Source of the DNA: a virus
DNA: 64,000 bases
Virus record (IMG/VR): IMGVR_UViG_3300036770_008028
Location: 1-64,000 of that record
Strand: one strand, 5' to 3'
Of the stretch, positions 30,101 through 37,519 are shown piece after piece. The position numbers were made by a program, and so were the translations under genes. Positions within the stretch are counted from its first letter, which is position 1, and each line of letters begins with the position of its first letter. The notes beneath the pieces were generated by a model. It was not told the DNA's origin. It made no database searches and saw nothing but the letters and a program-made list of their open reading frames with translations.

Positions 30101-31848
30101 GATACTGGCTCGCCGTTGTACTGAGTAGACAGAACCGCAGCCGAAGTATTAGGCGTGGATACCACAAAATAGGCTAGATTGCCTACTACGCCGTTGAAAG
30201 AATTGTCAAACCACAACTGATCATTGACCTGCAGATTGGCTGCAGAAGTGAATACCACGGTGTTGCCTGCTATAGTCTCATTGACCGTAAACGTATTTCC
30301 ACCGTTGGCATAGGTAGCAGAAGGCAGAGCACTGGGAGTTTCAACATCAACCGGGGTGTGGATATGGATACCAGATGATACTGCATCATCTACATATTGT
30401 TTGGTAGCAGCATCTTGCGCCGAAACTGGATCTGCCACTGAGTTGATATAGCGACCGCTCATTATCAAATTGCCAGTGAGATTCATGTCCACACTGGTAG
30501 CAGTGATCACTATGTCTGTGCCAACAATGCTGTTGGTATTGATGTTGGCTCCACTGACATTACCACTGGCAGTCAAAGTTGTTGTAGAAATATCATTGGT
30601 TATGACTGCGTTGTTGCCTTCAAGATTACCACTTGCTGTGATCGTGACGCCTGTGACAGCAGCATTGGAGTTCACATTGCCTGCCAGTACATTGCCGCTT
30701 GCAGATATCGTAGCAGCCGACACATCATTGGTTATCACTGCATTATTGCCTTCAAGATTACCACTTGCTGTGATCGTGACGCCTGTGACAGCAGCATTGG
30801 AGTTCACATTGCCTGCCAGTACATTGCCGCTTGCAGATATCGTAGCAGCCGACACATCATTGGTTATCACTGCATTATTGCCTTCAAGATTACCAGAAGC
30901 AGTGATAGTGATGCCTGTGACAGCAGCATTGGAGTTCACATTGCCGGCTAGTACATTGCCACTTGCTGTAACAGTAGCAGTGCTGACGTCGTTGGTTATG
31001 ACTGCATTATTGCCTTCAAGATTACCAGAAGCAGTGATGGTCACACCGGTTACAGCAGCATTGGAATTTACATTGCCTGCCAGTACATTGCCACTTGCTG
31101 TGACAGTAGCAGCCGACACATCATTGGTTATGACTGCGTTGCCGCCTTCCAAGTTACCCGAAGCAGTGATGGTCACACCGGTCACTGCTGCGTTTGAATT
31201 TACATTGCCTGCCAATACATTACCACTTGCGGTAATGGTAGCAGCTGACACATCATTGGTTATGACTGCGTTGCCGCCTACCAGATTGCCGGATGCGGTG
31301 ATGGTTACCGCATCAACTGCCGCATCAGAGATAAGATTGCCACCGGTGATGTTGCCGGTGACATCCACGTTGCCCAGGATTGATCCGTTGAATGTAAGGT
31401 TGCCCGTGATATTAGCATTGGCCGCAGTGAGATCTAGGAATCGTACACTGGCATAACTGTTGATAGTGATGACAGTGTTGGTGACTTCGCTGGTGGTGAA
31501 TACCGCGGCAAATTGATCTTCGCTTTCGTCCCAGACCCAGGCGATGTTGTCTTCGGTGCCGCGCTTGCCAATAAAACCAATGTCCAGTGCTGGAGATCCG
31601 GTCTGTTCTTTGGCCAGCAGGATCAGCGGATCTTCTACCACCAAGTTTATGGTATCGATCGCAGTGGTGTTGCCCTGTACCGTGAGATTTCCTGTTACCG
31701 TGAGGTCGGAACCATAGGTAAGATTATTCTGGATTTTGCCTGCAGTGATGGTATAATCTTGCAGCTTGACTGCAGCGTTGACACCAAGATACACATTGCC
31801 CGCCTGGGCATCTGTGATCTGATTGTTGTTGATCCTGGTAATCGCCAT
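27187..31848 (-). CDS. Long tail fibre protein with tandem repeats and chaperone-like C-terminus
   Basis: 1553 aa, TASGN/ATGN repeats, ATSAQYADLAE C-terminal module. Confidence 0.8.
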   Translation of the reverse strand: MAITRINNNQITDAQAGNVYLGVNAAVKLQDYTITAGKIQNNLTYGSDLTVTGNLTVQGNTTAIDTINLVVEDPLILLAKEQTGSPALDIGFIGKRGTEDNIAWVWDESEDQFAAVFTTSEVTNTVITINSYASVRFLDLTAANANITGNLTFNGSILGNVDVTGNITGGNLISDAAVDAVTITASGNLVGGNAVITNDVSAATITASGNVLAGNVNSNAAVTGVTITASGNLEGGNAVITNDVSAATVTASGNVLAGNVNSNAAVTGVTITASGNLEGNNAVITNDVSTATVTASGNVLAGNVNSNAAVTGITITASGNLEGNNAVITNDVSAATISASGNVLAGNVNSNAAVTGVTITASGNLEGNNAVITNDVSAATISASGNVLAGNVNSNAAVTGVTITASGNLEGNNAVITNDISTTTLTASGNVSGANINTNSIVGTDIVITATSVDMNLTGNLIMSGRYINSVADPVSAQDAATKQYVDDAVSSGIHIHTPVDVETPSALPSATYANGGNTFTVNETIAGNTVVFTSAANLQVNDQLWFDNSFNGVVGNLAYFVVSTPNTSAAVLSTQYNGEPVSNITSGSGLTESVRVNSGIGATLTATTNGALIVDGFSVSAGNRVLVYNQSSAIQNGVYDVTDTGNVSAPWILTRSSDADTYEPDTSTGLDQGSYFYVKFGDTGAGESYVKTEPPGPFIFGVANIVFTQFSASQVYSANTQAGLVLNGTVFSAKVDNDTTAFDGGGNIIVKAGANLTTPNIGDATGNSLTLTGNGLLSATTVTASGNVLAGNVNSNAAVTGITITASGNLEGNNAVITNDVSAATVTASGNVLAGNVNSNAAVTGVTITASGNLEGNNAVITNDVSTATLTASGNVLAGNVNSNAAVTGVTITASGNIDGGNVNATAAVTAGTTVTATGNVVGGNLTTAGAVDATGNVTGGNINTAGQVVATGNVTGGNLNTAGTVVATGNVDGGNVNATAAVTAGTTVTATGNVVGGNLTTAGQVAATGNITGGNLITTGAADLGNIRITGNDITNFASNIITINAAGSDIDLRVSGDNETNLFIVDAGSDTVLIGTATATTGAALKVGTTDSIMVPVGNISQRPATGVTGMLRFNTTSDSLEYYDNDSWTSAGTTFTIIVADEFNGDGSTLQFTLSEDSTTAGTIVSINGVVQIPTTAYAVSGNVLTFTEAPAVTDVIDARILTTTQQVIGISNASGNAIFEGSATEASFTVQGNLIPTANVTYDLGSTSFRWRDGYFAGNSITLGNIVMKNTGGNSIGFFGPDGTTPATLDANVEVVGDAIESGTSNVSFAGANGNVLLIAGGNTTGVITATGANVAGYITATGNVTGGNLITGAQVVATGNVSGGNLTTAGLISATGNITGGNLITAGLVSLSSITKTGSNGVGNIGSSTSVFNTVFAKATSAQYADLAEMYEADAAYEPGTVVCFGGTKEVTVCAHANDRRVAGVISTNPSYLMNAAQPGEHVVPVALQGRVPCRVKGAVTKGDLMVSAGDGSAMTNNDAAVGTVIGKALEDFAGDTGVIEVVVGRF
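29160..29500 (-). repeat. Second block of 66/132-bp coding repeats
   Basis: Five 22-aa TASGN units. Confidence 0.8.
30570..31300 (-). repeat. Tandem 132-bp (2 x 22 aa) coding repeats
   Basis: About 11 alternating TASGNVLAGNVNSNAAVTGVTI / TASGNLEGNNAVITNDVSAATV units; near-identical DNA copies at ~30626 and ~30758. Confidence 0.9.
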
Positions 31849-31912
31849 TGTTTTTTCTCCAGCTTTCCGCTAACTGGATTATTTACCAATGATCACGTTT
31901 TTGAAGCGGCAG

Positions 31913-32947
31913 TTATGTGGTTATATTACCGCCCAGATTCACTATCTTCCAGGCATCAAAACTGTAGACGGCCAGGCAAGGATTGCCGCTGTCGCCGTTG
32001 GTGACATAGATCACCTGGCCGCTGGCCACATTGGCCAGGCCATTGGCTTCGGTCACGGTATATGTGGGCAGTTGCACGCTTTGCACCGTGGCCAGATTGG
32101 CCACACCAGACGGATCCACTTCAATCTTGTTCTGACCGGAATCATTGCTGATGGCCGACACTATGCTGAGTTCGGCAATAAATCTCACATCAATGATGTC
32201 GCTGATCTGTGGTGCTTCGGCAAAAGTGATCACGTTGCCTGTGACAGTATAGGCTGCGCCTGGTCTCTGCACCGTGCCGTTGGTGCTGACGATCACTGCA
32301 TTGGCCGTGGTAGTTTGATTCAGTGCAAACACCGCGGTGCTGCCATCTCCTGTGAGAGTCTGATCTGATATCACTGCGAGATCTTCTCCTACACCTTCCC
32401 ATTCTGCACCATCATACACTTCCACGATGCCAAGGTTGGTGTTCCATCTGATAGTTCCTGTCAACGGACTTGCAGGTCTTGCAGCGGTATCGCCCACTGG
32501 CAGAACCAAGCCGCTGGTGGCATCAATGATCACCAAGCTATTGCCTGAGGGTTCCAGCGTGATATTGCCCGGATCTATAGTGGGAGAAATCGTGGTGTTG
32601 CTCACAGAAAGATTGCCAATGGTCACTGTGCCGTTACCAAAGATATTGTTGGCAGTGATATTGCCGATCACAGTGAGATCTGCTCCGTCCCAGGAGAGAT
32701 TGGCATCAGTCACTGCCAACTGATTGCTGTCAGCATAAAAGATACCGTTGGCCGTGGACGAGGTGACGCGCACATTGGCTGCATTGGCTGTTCCTGCTAC
32801 TGTAAAATCGTCACCGGGTGCAGAGGTCAGCACGCCCACACGACTGTTAGTCACATCGATAAACAGCACATTGCCTTGGATGGCCAGATTTGCTCCTCGC
32901 TGGAGATTGTCCGCTAGGATATTGCCGGAGATTTTGTTTATGGCCAT
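31913..32947 (-). CDS. Tail fibre-associated protein
   Basis: LPVGDTAARP..GTIRWNT and GDGSTAVF modules shared with the long fibre. Confidence 0.7.
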   Translation of the reverse strand: MAINKISGNILADNLQRGANLAIQGNVLFIDVTNSRVGVLTSAPGDDFTVAGTANAANVRVTSSTANGIFYADSNQLAVTDANLSWDGADLTVIGNITANNIFGNGTVTIGNLSVSNTTISPTIDPGNITLEPSGNSLVIIDATSGLVLPVGDTAARPASPLTGTIRWNTNLGIVEVYDGAEWEGVGEDLAVISDQTLTGDGSTAVFALNQTTTANAVIVSTNGTVQRPGAAYTVTGNVITFAEAPQISDIIDVRFIAELSIVSAISNDSGQNKIEVDPSGVANLATVQSVQLPTYTVTEANGLANVASGQVIYVTNGDSGNPCLAVYSFDAWKIVNLGGNITT

Positions 32948-32974
32948 CTGGTGTCCTTTACCAGATATTTATGG

Positions 32975-33373
32975 TTAGGAACTGCTGTGTATCACTGAGA
33001 TTGGTTCGCCATCGGGCGGAGCCGAAGTGAAGGTGATAGTCACTGTGCCGTTCACGGTGTAGGCAGTGGTAGGATCCTGATAGATCGACCCCACAAACAC
33101 GATGATCTGCTGCGTGGAACTTTCCGCGATGCTCATGTTGAAACTGACAGTGCTGCCATCACCGGTAAATGAATCCACGGTATAATTGATAGATCCGGCC
33201 TGACTCAGTTCAACAAACTGAGTGCCATTGAAATACTCAGGGGCTGCAAGATCAGTGTTGTAGCGTATCAGCCCAAAGGTAGGAGCAGCTGGACGCGTGG
33301 CTGAACCACCTGCGGGCAGTACTACCCCAGACGATCCTGACTCCAGTTCGCGATTTTTTACCCAGTTGCCCAT
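32975..33373 (-). CDS. Small fibre-associated structural protein
   Basis: LPAG..ATRP..GLIRYNT, FTGDGST, FTSAP. Confidence 0.7.
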   Translation of the reverse strand: MGNWVKNRELESGSSGVVLPAGGSATRPAAPTFGLIRYNTDLAAPEYFNGTQFVELSQAGSINYTVDSFTGDGSTVSFNMSIAESSTQQIIVFVGSIYQDPTTAYTVNGTVTITFTSAPPDGEPISVIHSSS

Positions 33374-33705
33374 TACACCGAGATCGAGCTCACGGTCACT
33401 GCGATGACATTGGCCACGTTGGCCTCTACATCAATGAAATCATTGTTGTCTAAAATCAGTTTTTCCGTAGAAATCACATAGGTATCGCCGGTTCCGGTGT
33501 TGCCTGCAGTGATCAGTAATTGATTGTAGATCAGACTGCTGTCTCCGGGTCCAGAACTGTCAGAACTGTCCACGCAGTATACATTGACCACTGCGTCTTG
33601 GTCGCCGGTGTTGCAGATATACATAACAGTGATGGCTTGCTGGCCAGCCGCTGTGAACACTGTCACTGGTTCAGTTGAGTTGATAAAAGTGTTGGTTATA
33701 GCCAT
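33373..33705 (-). CDS. Small structural protein
   Basis: Coupled ORF, beta-rich, EKLILDNND motif. Confidence 0.65.
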   Translation of the reverse strand: MAITNTFINSTEPVTVFTAAGQQAITVMYICNTGDQDAVVNVYCVDSSDSSGPGDSSLIYNQLLITAGNTGTGDTYVISTEKLILDNNDFIDVEANVANVIAVTVSSISV

Positions 33706-33714
33706 TGTTGATCC

Positions 33715-34344
33715 TTAAAATATGATTCCAAAAACGATGGCTTTGGTCTTGCTGACCAGCTCATCTTCCACTGTGACGCTTTTGACATAGAGCCCAGTAC
33801 CACCCGAACCTTCCGCATTGTGATACAAGGCCACTGCATTGGCCGTGGCTGCTGGAGCCGAAGCGATGTTACCAAAAACCTGATGACCTTGCAGTGTAAC
33901 ACGACTTGTGGCCTTGTCAAACGACAGATTGGTGTTGCCGCCAAAAGATCCAGAATCGTTGAACTGAATCGTGGTATTGGCACCACCAGGCGTGACTGCT
34001 GCTCCAGTGGCTATGGGTGTCCAAGTTCCGGTAAGGCCGGTGGCATCTGTGCCGGTGCTGAGTTGCCACTCGCCCGCGGTGGCATCGTATCTTATGCCAG
34101 CGAAGGTACTGGCTGTTTCGTGAGTGAGCACACCGGAATTGGAAGCATAACTGCCGGTGTTAGATGCGTTGAGCACGATGAAAGGATCTTTGACATTGAG
34201 CTCATCTACGTTGATATAGGTTAGATTTCCTACCACATCGAGATTGCCGTTGATCACCATGGTATTGGTATTCACGACAACGTCATCGGGCGGGTTAACA
34301 GTGGTGATCACATAATCACCATCGATTCTCTTGTAGGTGGCCAT
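33715..34344 (-). CDS. Fibre-associated structural protein
   Basis: INGNLDVVGN...VKDPFI.LN; PGG.NT.IQFND.G.FGG. Confidence 0.7.
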   Translation of the reverse strand: MATYKRIDGDYVITTVNPPDDVVVNTNTMVINGNLDVVGNLTYINVDELNVKDPFIVLNASNTGSYASNSGVLTHETASTFAGIRYDATAGEWQLSTGTDATGLTGTWTPIATGAAVTPGGANTTIQFNDSGSFGGNTNLSFDKATSRVTLQGHQVFGNIASAPAATANAVALYHNAEGSGGTGLYVKSVTVEDELVSKTKAIVFGIIF

Positions 34345-34929
34345 CTATAGATCCTTTGGTGTATTTATTCTGGCCACGAAGTCTGTAAAGTCAAGTTTTT
34401 GAAAGTTTGGTTGTGCCAAAAATTCCGGAATGTCAGCAGTGGTTGCGCCTATCACACGGATGAACCGCATCTGTGGGTGATCGCGCATTACGGTCACTAA
34501 CTGCCGTACCCAGTTGCCCGTGAAGGTAGGAAGGCTTCCAATTTTTTTATAGTGCTGGGTATCTGCATACACATTGTTAAATTGTCCTTGCTCATTGGGT
34601 CCCATGTCAAACCCCAGCAAGTAGACGGGATTGTTGTGATCCTGTGCTGCGATGGCCACAGCTATAGGACCCGAACTGAATCCAAAATATGGTTTAGGCA
34701 CCGGGTGTGCACCAAGATTGGCCATAGGGCGCCGGGTATAGAATCTGTTGCGGGCGCTGTATCCACTTTCCTGTATTTCCGTAGCTATGGGGCGATCAGT
34801 AGCCACTAGAGCCGTGACGGTGTGTGTGCGATACAAGGCGTTGCACCCATATACAGGACCCAGATCTTGCAAACGATCAACATCTATAGTGGCACGGCTC
34901 ACGCCATTGCCCAGTACAAAAGCAGCCAT
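34345..34929 (-). CDS. Hypothetical protein, Maf/MptE/GT29-like fold
   Basis: FVLGNG.SR, YGCNALYR, LVATD, SSG..A...A, VYLLGFD. Confidence 0.6.
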   Translation of the reverse strand: MAAFVLGNGVSRATIDVDRLQDLGPVYGCNALYRTHTVTALVATDRPIATEIQESGYSARNRFYTRRPMANLGAHPVPKPYFGFSSGPIAVAIAAQDHNNPVYLLGFDMGPNEQGQFNNVYADTQHYKKIGSLPTFTGNWVRQLVTVMRDHPQMRFIRVIGATTADIPEFLAQPNFQKLDFTDFVARINTPKDL

Positions 34930-34961
34930 AAAAAATCCTCCCTGTATGTAGCAGGGAGGAT
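34930..34961 (-). terminator. Terminator hairpin overlapping the downstream RBS, with TACATA in the loop
   Basis: ATCCTCCCTG-CTACATA-CAGGGAGGAT-TTTTT-ATG. Confidence 0.7.
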
Positions 34962-34977
34962 CCAGAGCTGGCAGAGA

Positions 34978-35667
34978 TTACGATGTGTAGTTTTCTGCGA
35001 TGGCCAGGGCCACGGTCTGTCCAATGGTACCAGATTTGATCTCTGTACCTTCGTCTGTGAAGAAGTTCACAAGATAGCGCACCGGCGGTGTAGAATAGTC
35101 CAGAGCAAACTTGTTGGTGAGCTTTGACACCAGGATGTCTGTGGAGTCACCGTTGAAGATAGCAATGTTCATGTTGCCCTGTGTGAGCGCGCCTGTGGCT
35201 TCGTTGGCCAAGGTGCACACACCCACTTCAAACGCTGTGCCAGTGCCTGCTCCCACAGCTCGGCAAGTGAAGATGTCGCCGGCCGAAGGATTTACACCAG
35301 CGCCAGAAGATACCCAATCTGTGGTGCCCACAGTGGCTATGATGTAGGTGCGTCCTACTACCATATCTTCATCGTTAACGCTTGTAGTGTCAGCTACCAG
35401 ATACTGCTTGCTGCCTTTTTGTGTGATGATGAAACCAGGGGCTTCAGCGGAACCTGGGCCACCAGAGGGCAGGAATACCTGCACCCTAAGCACAGGATTG
35501 GCCGATGTGGCTACGGATCCACCGCCGATGGCATTGGCACCGCCCACTACGCCAATGAACTGGCTAGTGTTCAGTGTTTCTGGATAAACTGGTGACTCCA
35601 GTTGACCCAGCACAGGAAAACCAATGTCTTTGGTTGTGGTTTTTTTGATCTTGAGAGGACGTCCCAT
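34978..35667 (-). CDS. Late structural protein (MGRPLKIKK)
   Basis: AGGAG RBS; TAAATA at 35759-35764. Confidence 0.7.
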   Translation of the reverse strand: MGRPLKIKKTTTKDIGFPVLGQLESPVYPETLNTSQFIGVVGGANAIGGGSVATSANPVLRVQVFLPSGGPGSAEAPGFIITQKGSKQYLVADTTSVNDEDMVVGRTYIIATVGTTDWVSSGAGVNPSAGDIFTCRAVGAGTGTAFEVGVCTLANEATGALTQGNMNIAIFNGDSTDILVSKLTNKFALDYSTPPVRYLVNFFTDEGTEIKSGTIGQTVALAIAENYTS

Positions 35668-35674
35668 TTGTTTT

Positions 35675-35755
35675 CTCCTATAAAGAAGTCCGATCGGAGT
35701 TCTAGTCCGTACGCGGTGGGGTTTAATCTCCGCATAAGACACAGATCGTGTCAAC
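35675..35755 (-). ncRNA. Candidate structured 5' leader RNA
   Basis: Three adjacent hairpins between the late promoter and the RBS. Confidence 0.45.
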
Positions 35756-35761
35756 AGATAT

Positions 35762-36367
35762 TTAGTCGATCTGCCAGGATTTTGAGTAGGTGTAGACCCA
35801 AGCGGGCCGGGCAGTGCTGTTGCTGACGAACAGACGGTTTGAATTATCAGTGCGCACGGTATGACGACATCTGCAGAAAAATTCATGCGTGCTGAAAGTG
35901 TCCAGCGCACCACCCGACACGGCCGCACCCTGGATGCGATAAGTTACCAGAGGTGTGGTGGCTAGGCTCAAGAGATAAGGATCCATCGTGCGGCTACCTT
36001 GATCAGTTTCAGTGGCGCCCGTGTATTCCACGCCAATGCTTTCATAACTGTTGGAGTTGGGTCGACGAGTGACCTGCCACTGTCCTCTGACTTCGATGCG
36101 GCATCGATCTGCGCCGTAAGTGACGCCAGTGCTGGGATCAGTGTAGGCTGTGAGAGAGTTACCAATGTCGGCGATGGTCCAATTTTGAGCACGCACCGCC
36201 AGTGTCCCGGATTCCGTGGGTGCGGGATGATAAAGACTGACCCCAAAGGTAGCACCATCATTGTATCCTGCTTGGCTAAAGCGCCAAAGACCTGATTCTG
36301 TAGTCTCTAGACCGGTGCTGACCGTGAGTTCAGACTGACCCGAGAAGGGAGTGATGAAAGTGGGCAT
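35762..36367 (-). CDS. Hypothetical protein
   Basis: TAAATA 4 nt before ATG; fills the gap between neighbours. Confidence 0.6.
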   Translation of the reverse strand: MPTFITPFSGQSELTVSTGLETTESGLWRFSQAGYNDGATFGVSLYHPAPTESGTLAVRAQNWTIADIGNSLTAYTDPSTGVTYGADRCRIEVRGQWQVTRRPNSNSYESIGVEYTGATETDQGSRTMDPYLLSLATTPLVTYRIQGAAVSGGALDTFSTHEFFCRCRHTVRTDNSNRLFVSNSTARPAWVYTYSKSWQID

Positions 36368-36385
36368 CCAGTATTTACCGCGGGG

Positions 36386-36661
36386 TCAGTGGTCAAACCG
36401 ATCACGGTCCTCGGCTTCGCTGTGCGTGATCACTTCCTGGATGAGTTCTTCTGTGGTCCAACCAGAATTTGAAAGCGTAGCAATCGCATCAACAAATAGA
36501 GTGAATACCGCCGCAGTGTAATCAAAATCCACTTCCTGGCCTTCTAGTGCATAGAGTTGTTCCAGTGCCGCACGGGCGCGTTCGGTGCTTTTATTGATGC
36601 TGAATGTGTAGATGGTGCCGTCTTCCAGCACTTCGGTACAGCGATCTGGATCTGTGTTCAT
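36386..36661 (-). CDS. Hypothetical protein
   Basis: ATGA overlap with the HNH gene; AAGGA RBS. Confidence 0.6.
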   Translation of the reverse strand: MNTDPDRCTEVLEDGTIYTFSINKSTERARAALEQLYALEGQEVDFDYTAAVFTLFVDAIATLSNSGWTTEELIQEVITHSEAEDRDRFDH

Positions 36662-37425
36662 GACGTTCCTTTCAGGGTTCGACAGTTGGTGCCGTGCCAG
36701 CGGGGGTAGGTGTTGACAGCGATCATTTTCTGGCAGTGGGGGCAGAGCTGTTTGGGTTTGACCTTGCCCTTATTGGCTTCAGCACGCCGCGCTTTTTCTT
36801 CGTCGGTCTGTTTACGACCACGTATGCGGTCTCCGATCTTCTGGCGTGTTGATTCTAAAACTTCTACACCCCAACGATTATTCTTTTCTCTAGTCTTGCT
36901 TTTAGACATGTTAGCAAGCCATTCTTCACTGAATGGTGCTCGCTTTTTACCTTTTTTGCTGTTGGTGATTTTTTGTCTTGCTTCTTCCTGCTTGGCTCCA
37001 TTGTTTTCGCCGAGTATGGCTTCTCGTTGGCGCTGTTTGCCCTCTTCGCTGCGAAAGAACTTATCACCATACATTGGATTATTTTCACCTCGAACTTTTT
37101 CACTTTGTAATTTTGAGTATTCTAACTTGATGCTTTCATATACACGAGAGGTAATTTTTGTTTTGTATCTTTTTTGTCCGGGATTGTCAGCTCTCATCAT
37201 ACGGAGAGCATTCAGCATCTTATAATGGTCTTCTCCTGTAGTCATTTTAATCAACAACCAATGGCAGATAAAATGCTCTCGGGGTGTGATAAATGCGATG
37301 TTTTCTTTGTCATCTGTACCACCAAGACTGCGTGGTTTAATATGGTGTCGTTCAAAAGGTGGTTCAAGGACCCTGTCTTTAGCCCGATCTATAATTTGAT
37401 TGTACCATTTGGTGTATTTGTTCAT
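36658..37425 (-). CDS. Free-standing HNH homing endonuclease with NUMOD3-like repeats
   Basis: ERHHIKPRSLGGTD...N...TPREHFICHWLL; GENNPMYG, KIGDRIRG, CPHC. Confidence 0.9.
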   Translation of the reverse strand: MNKYTKWYNQIIDRAKDRVLEPPFERHHIKPRSLGGTDDKENIAFITPREHFICHWLLIKMTTGEDHYKMLNALRMMRADNPGQKRYKTKITSRVYESIKLEYSKLQSEKVRGENNPMYGDKFFRSEEGKQRQREAILGENNGAKQEEARQKITNSKKGKKRAPFSEEWLANMSKSKTREKNNRWGVEVLESTRQKIGDRIRGRKQTDEEKARRAEANKGKVKPKQLCPHCQKMIAVNTYPRWHGTNCRTLKGTS

Positions 37426-37469
37426 AGTGTTATTTATGTAAGTTAGCACGAAATAACAATTTAGTCAAC

Positions 37470-37495
37470 AAAAAACCCACCGAGGTGGGTTTTTT
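37470..37495 (-). terminator. Bidirectional intrinsic terminator after the major capsid gene
   Basis: AAAAAACCCAC-CGAG-GTGGGTTTTTT. Confidence 0.85.
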
Positions 37496-37519
37496 GATTT
37501 GGTCCAACAAGTTCTCGGT

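Noticed and set aside
29160-31300. Tandem repeats as a CRISPR array
   Set aside because: In-frame coding repeats with no unique spacers; no cas genes
25899-32723. Long plus-strand ORFs opposite the fibre genes (e.g. 28841-29701, 30470-31456)
   Set aside because: Antisense shadows of repetitive Thr/Ala/Gly/Asn codons; no RBS or promoter
35668-35928. N-terminal extension of the 316-aa ORF
   Set aside because: Overlaps another ORF and the late promoter; the RBS supports a start at 35667
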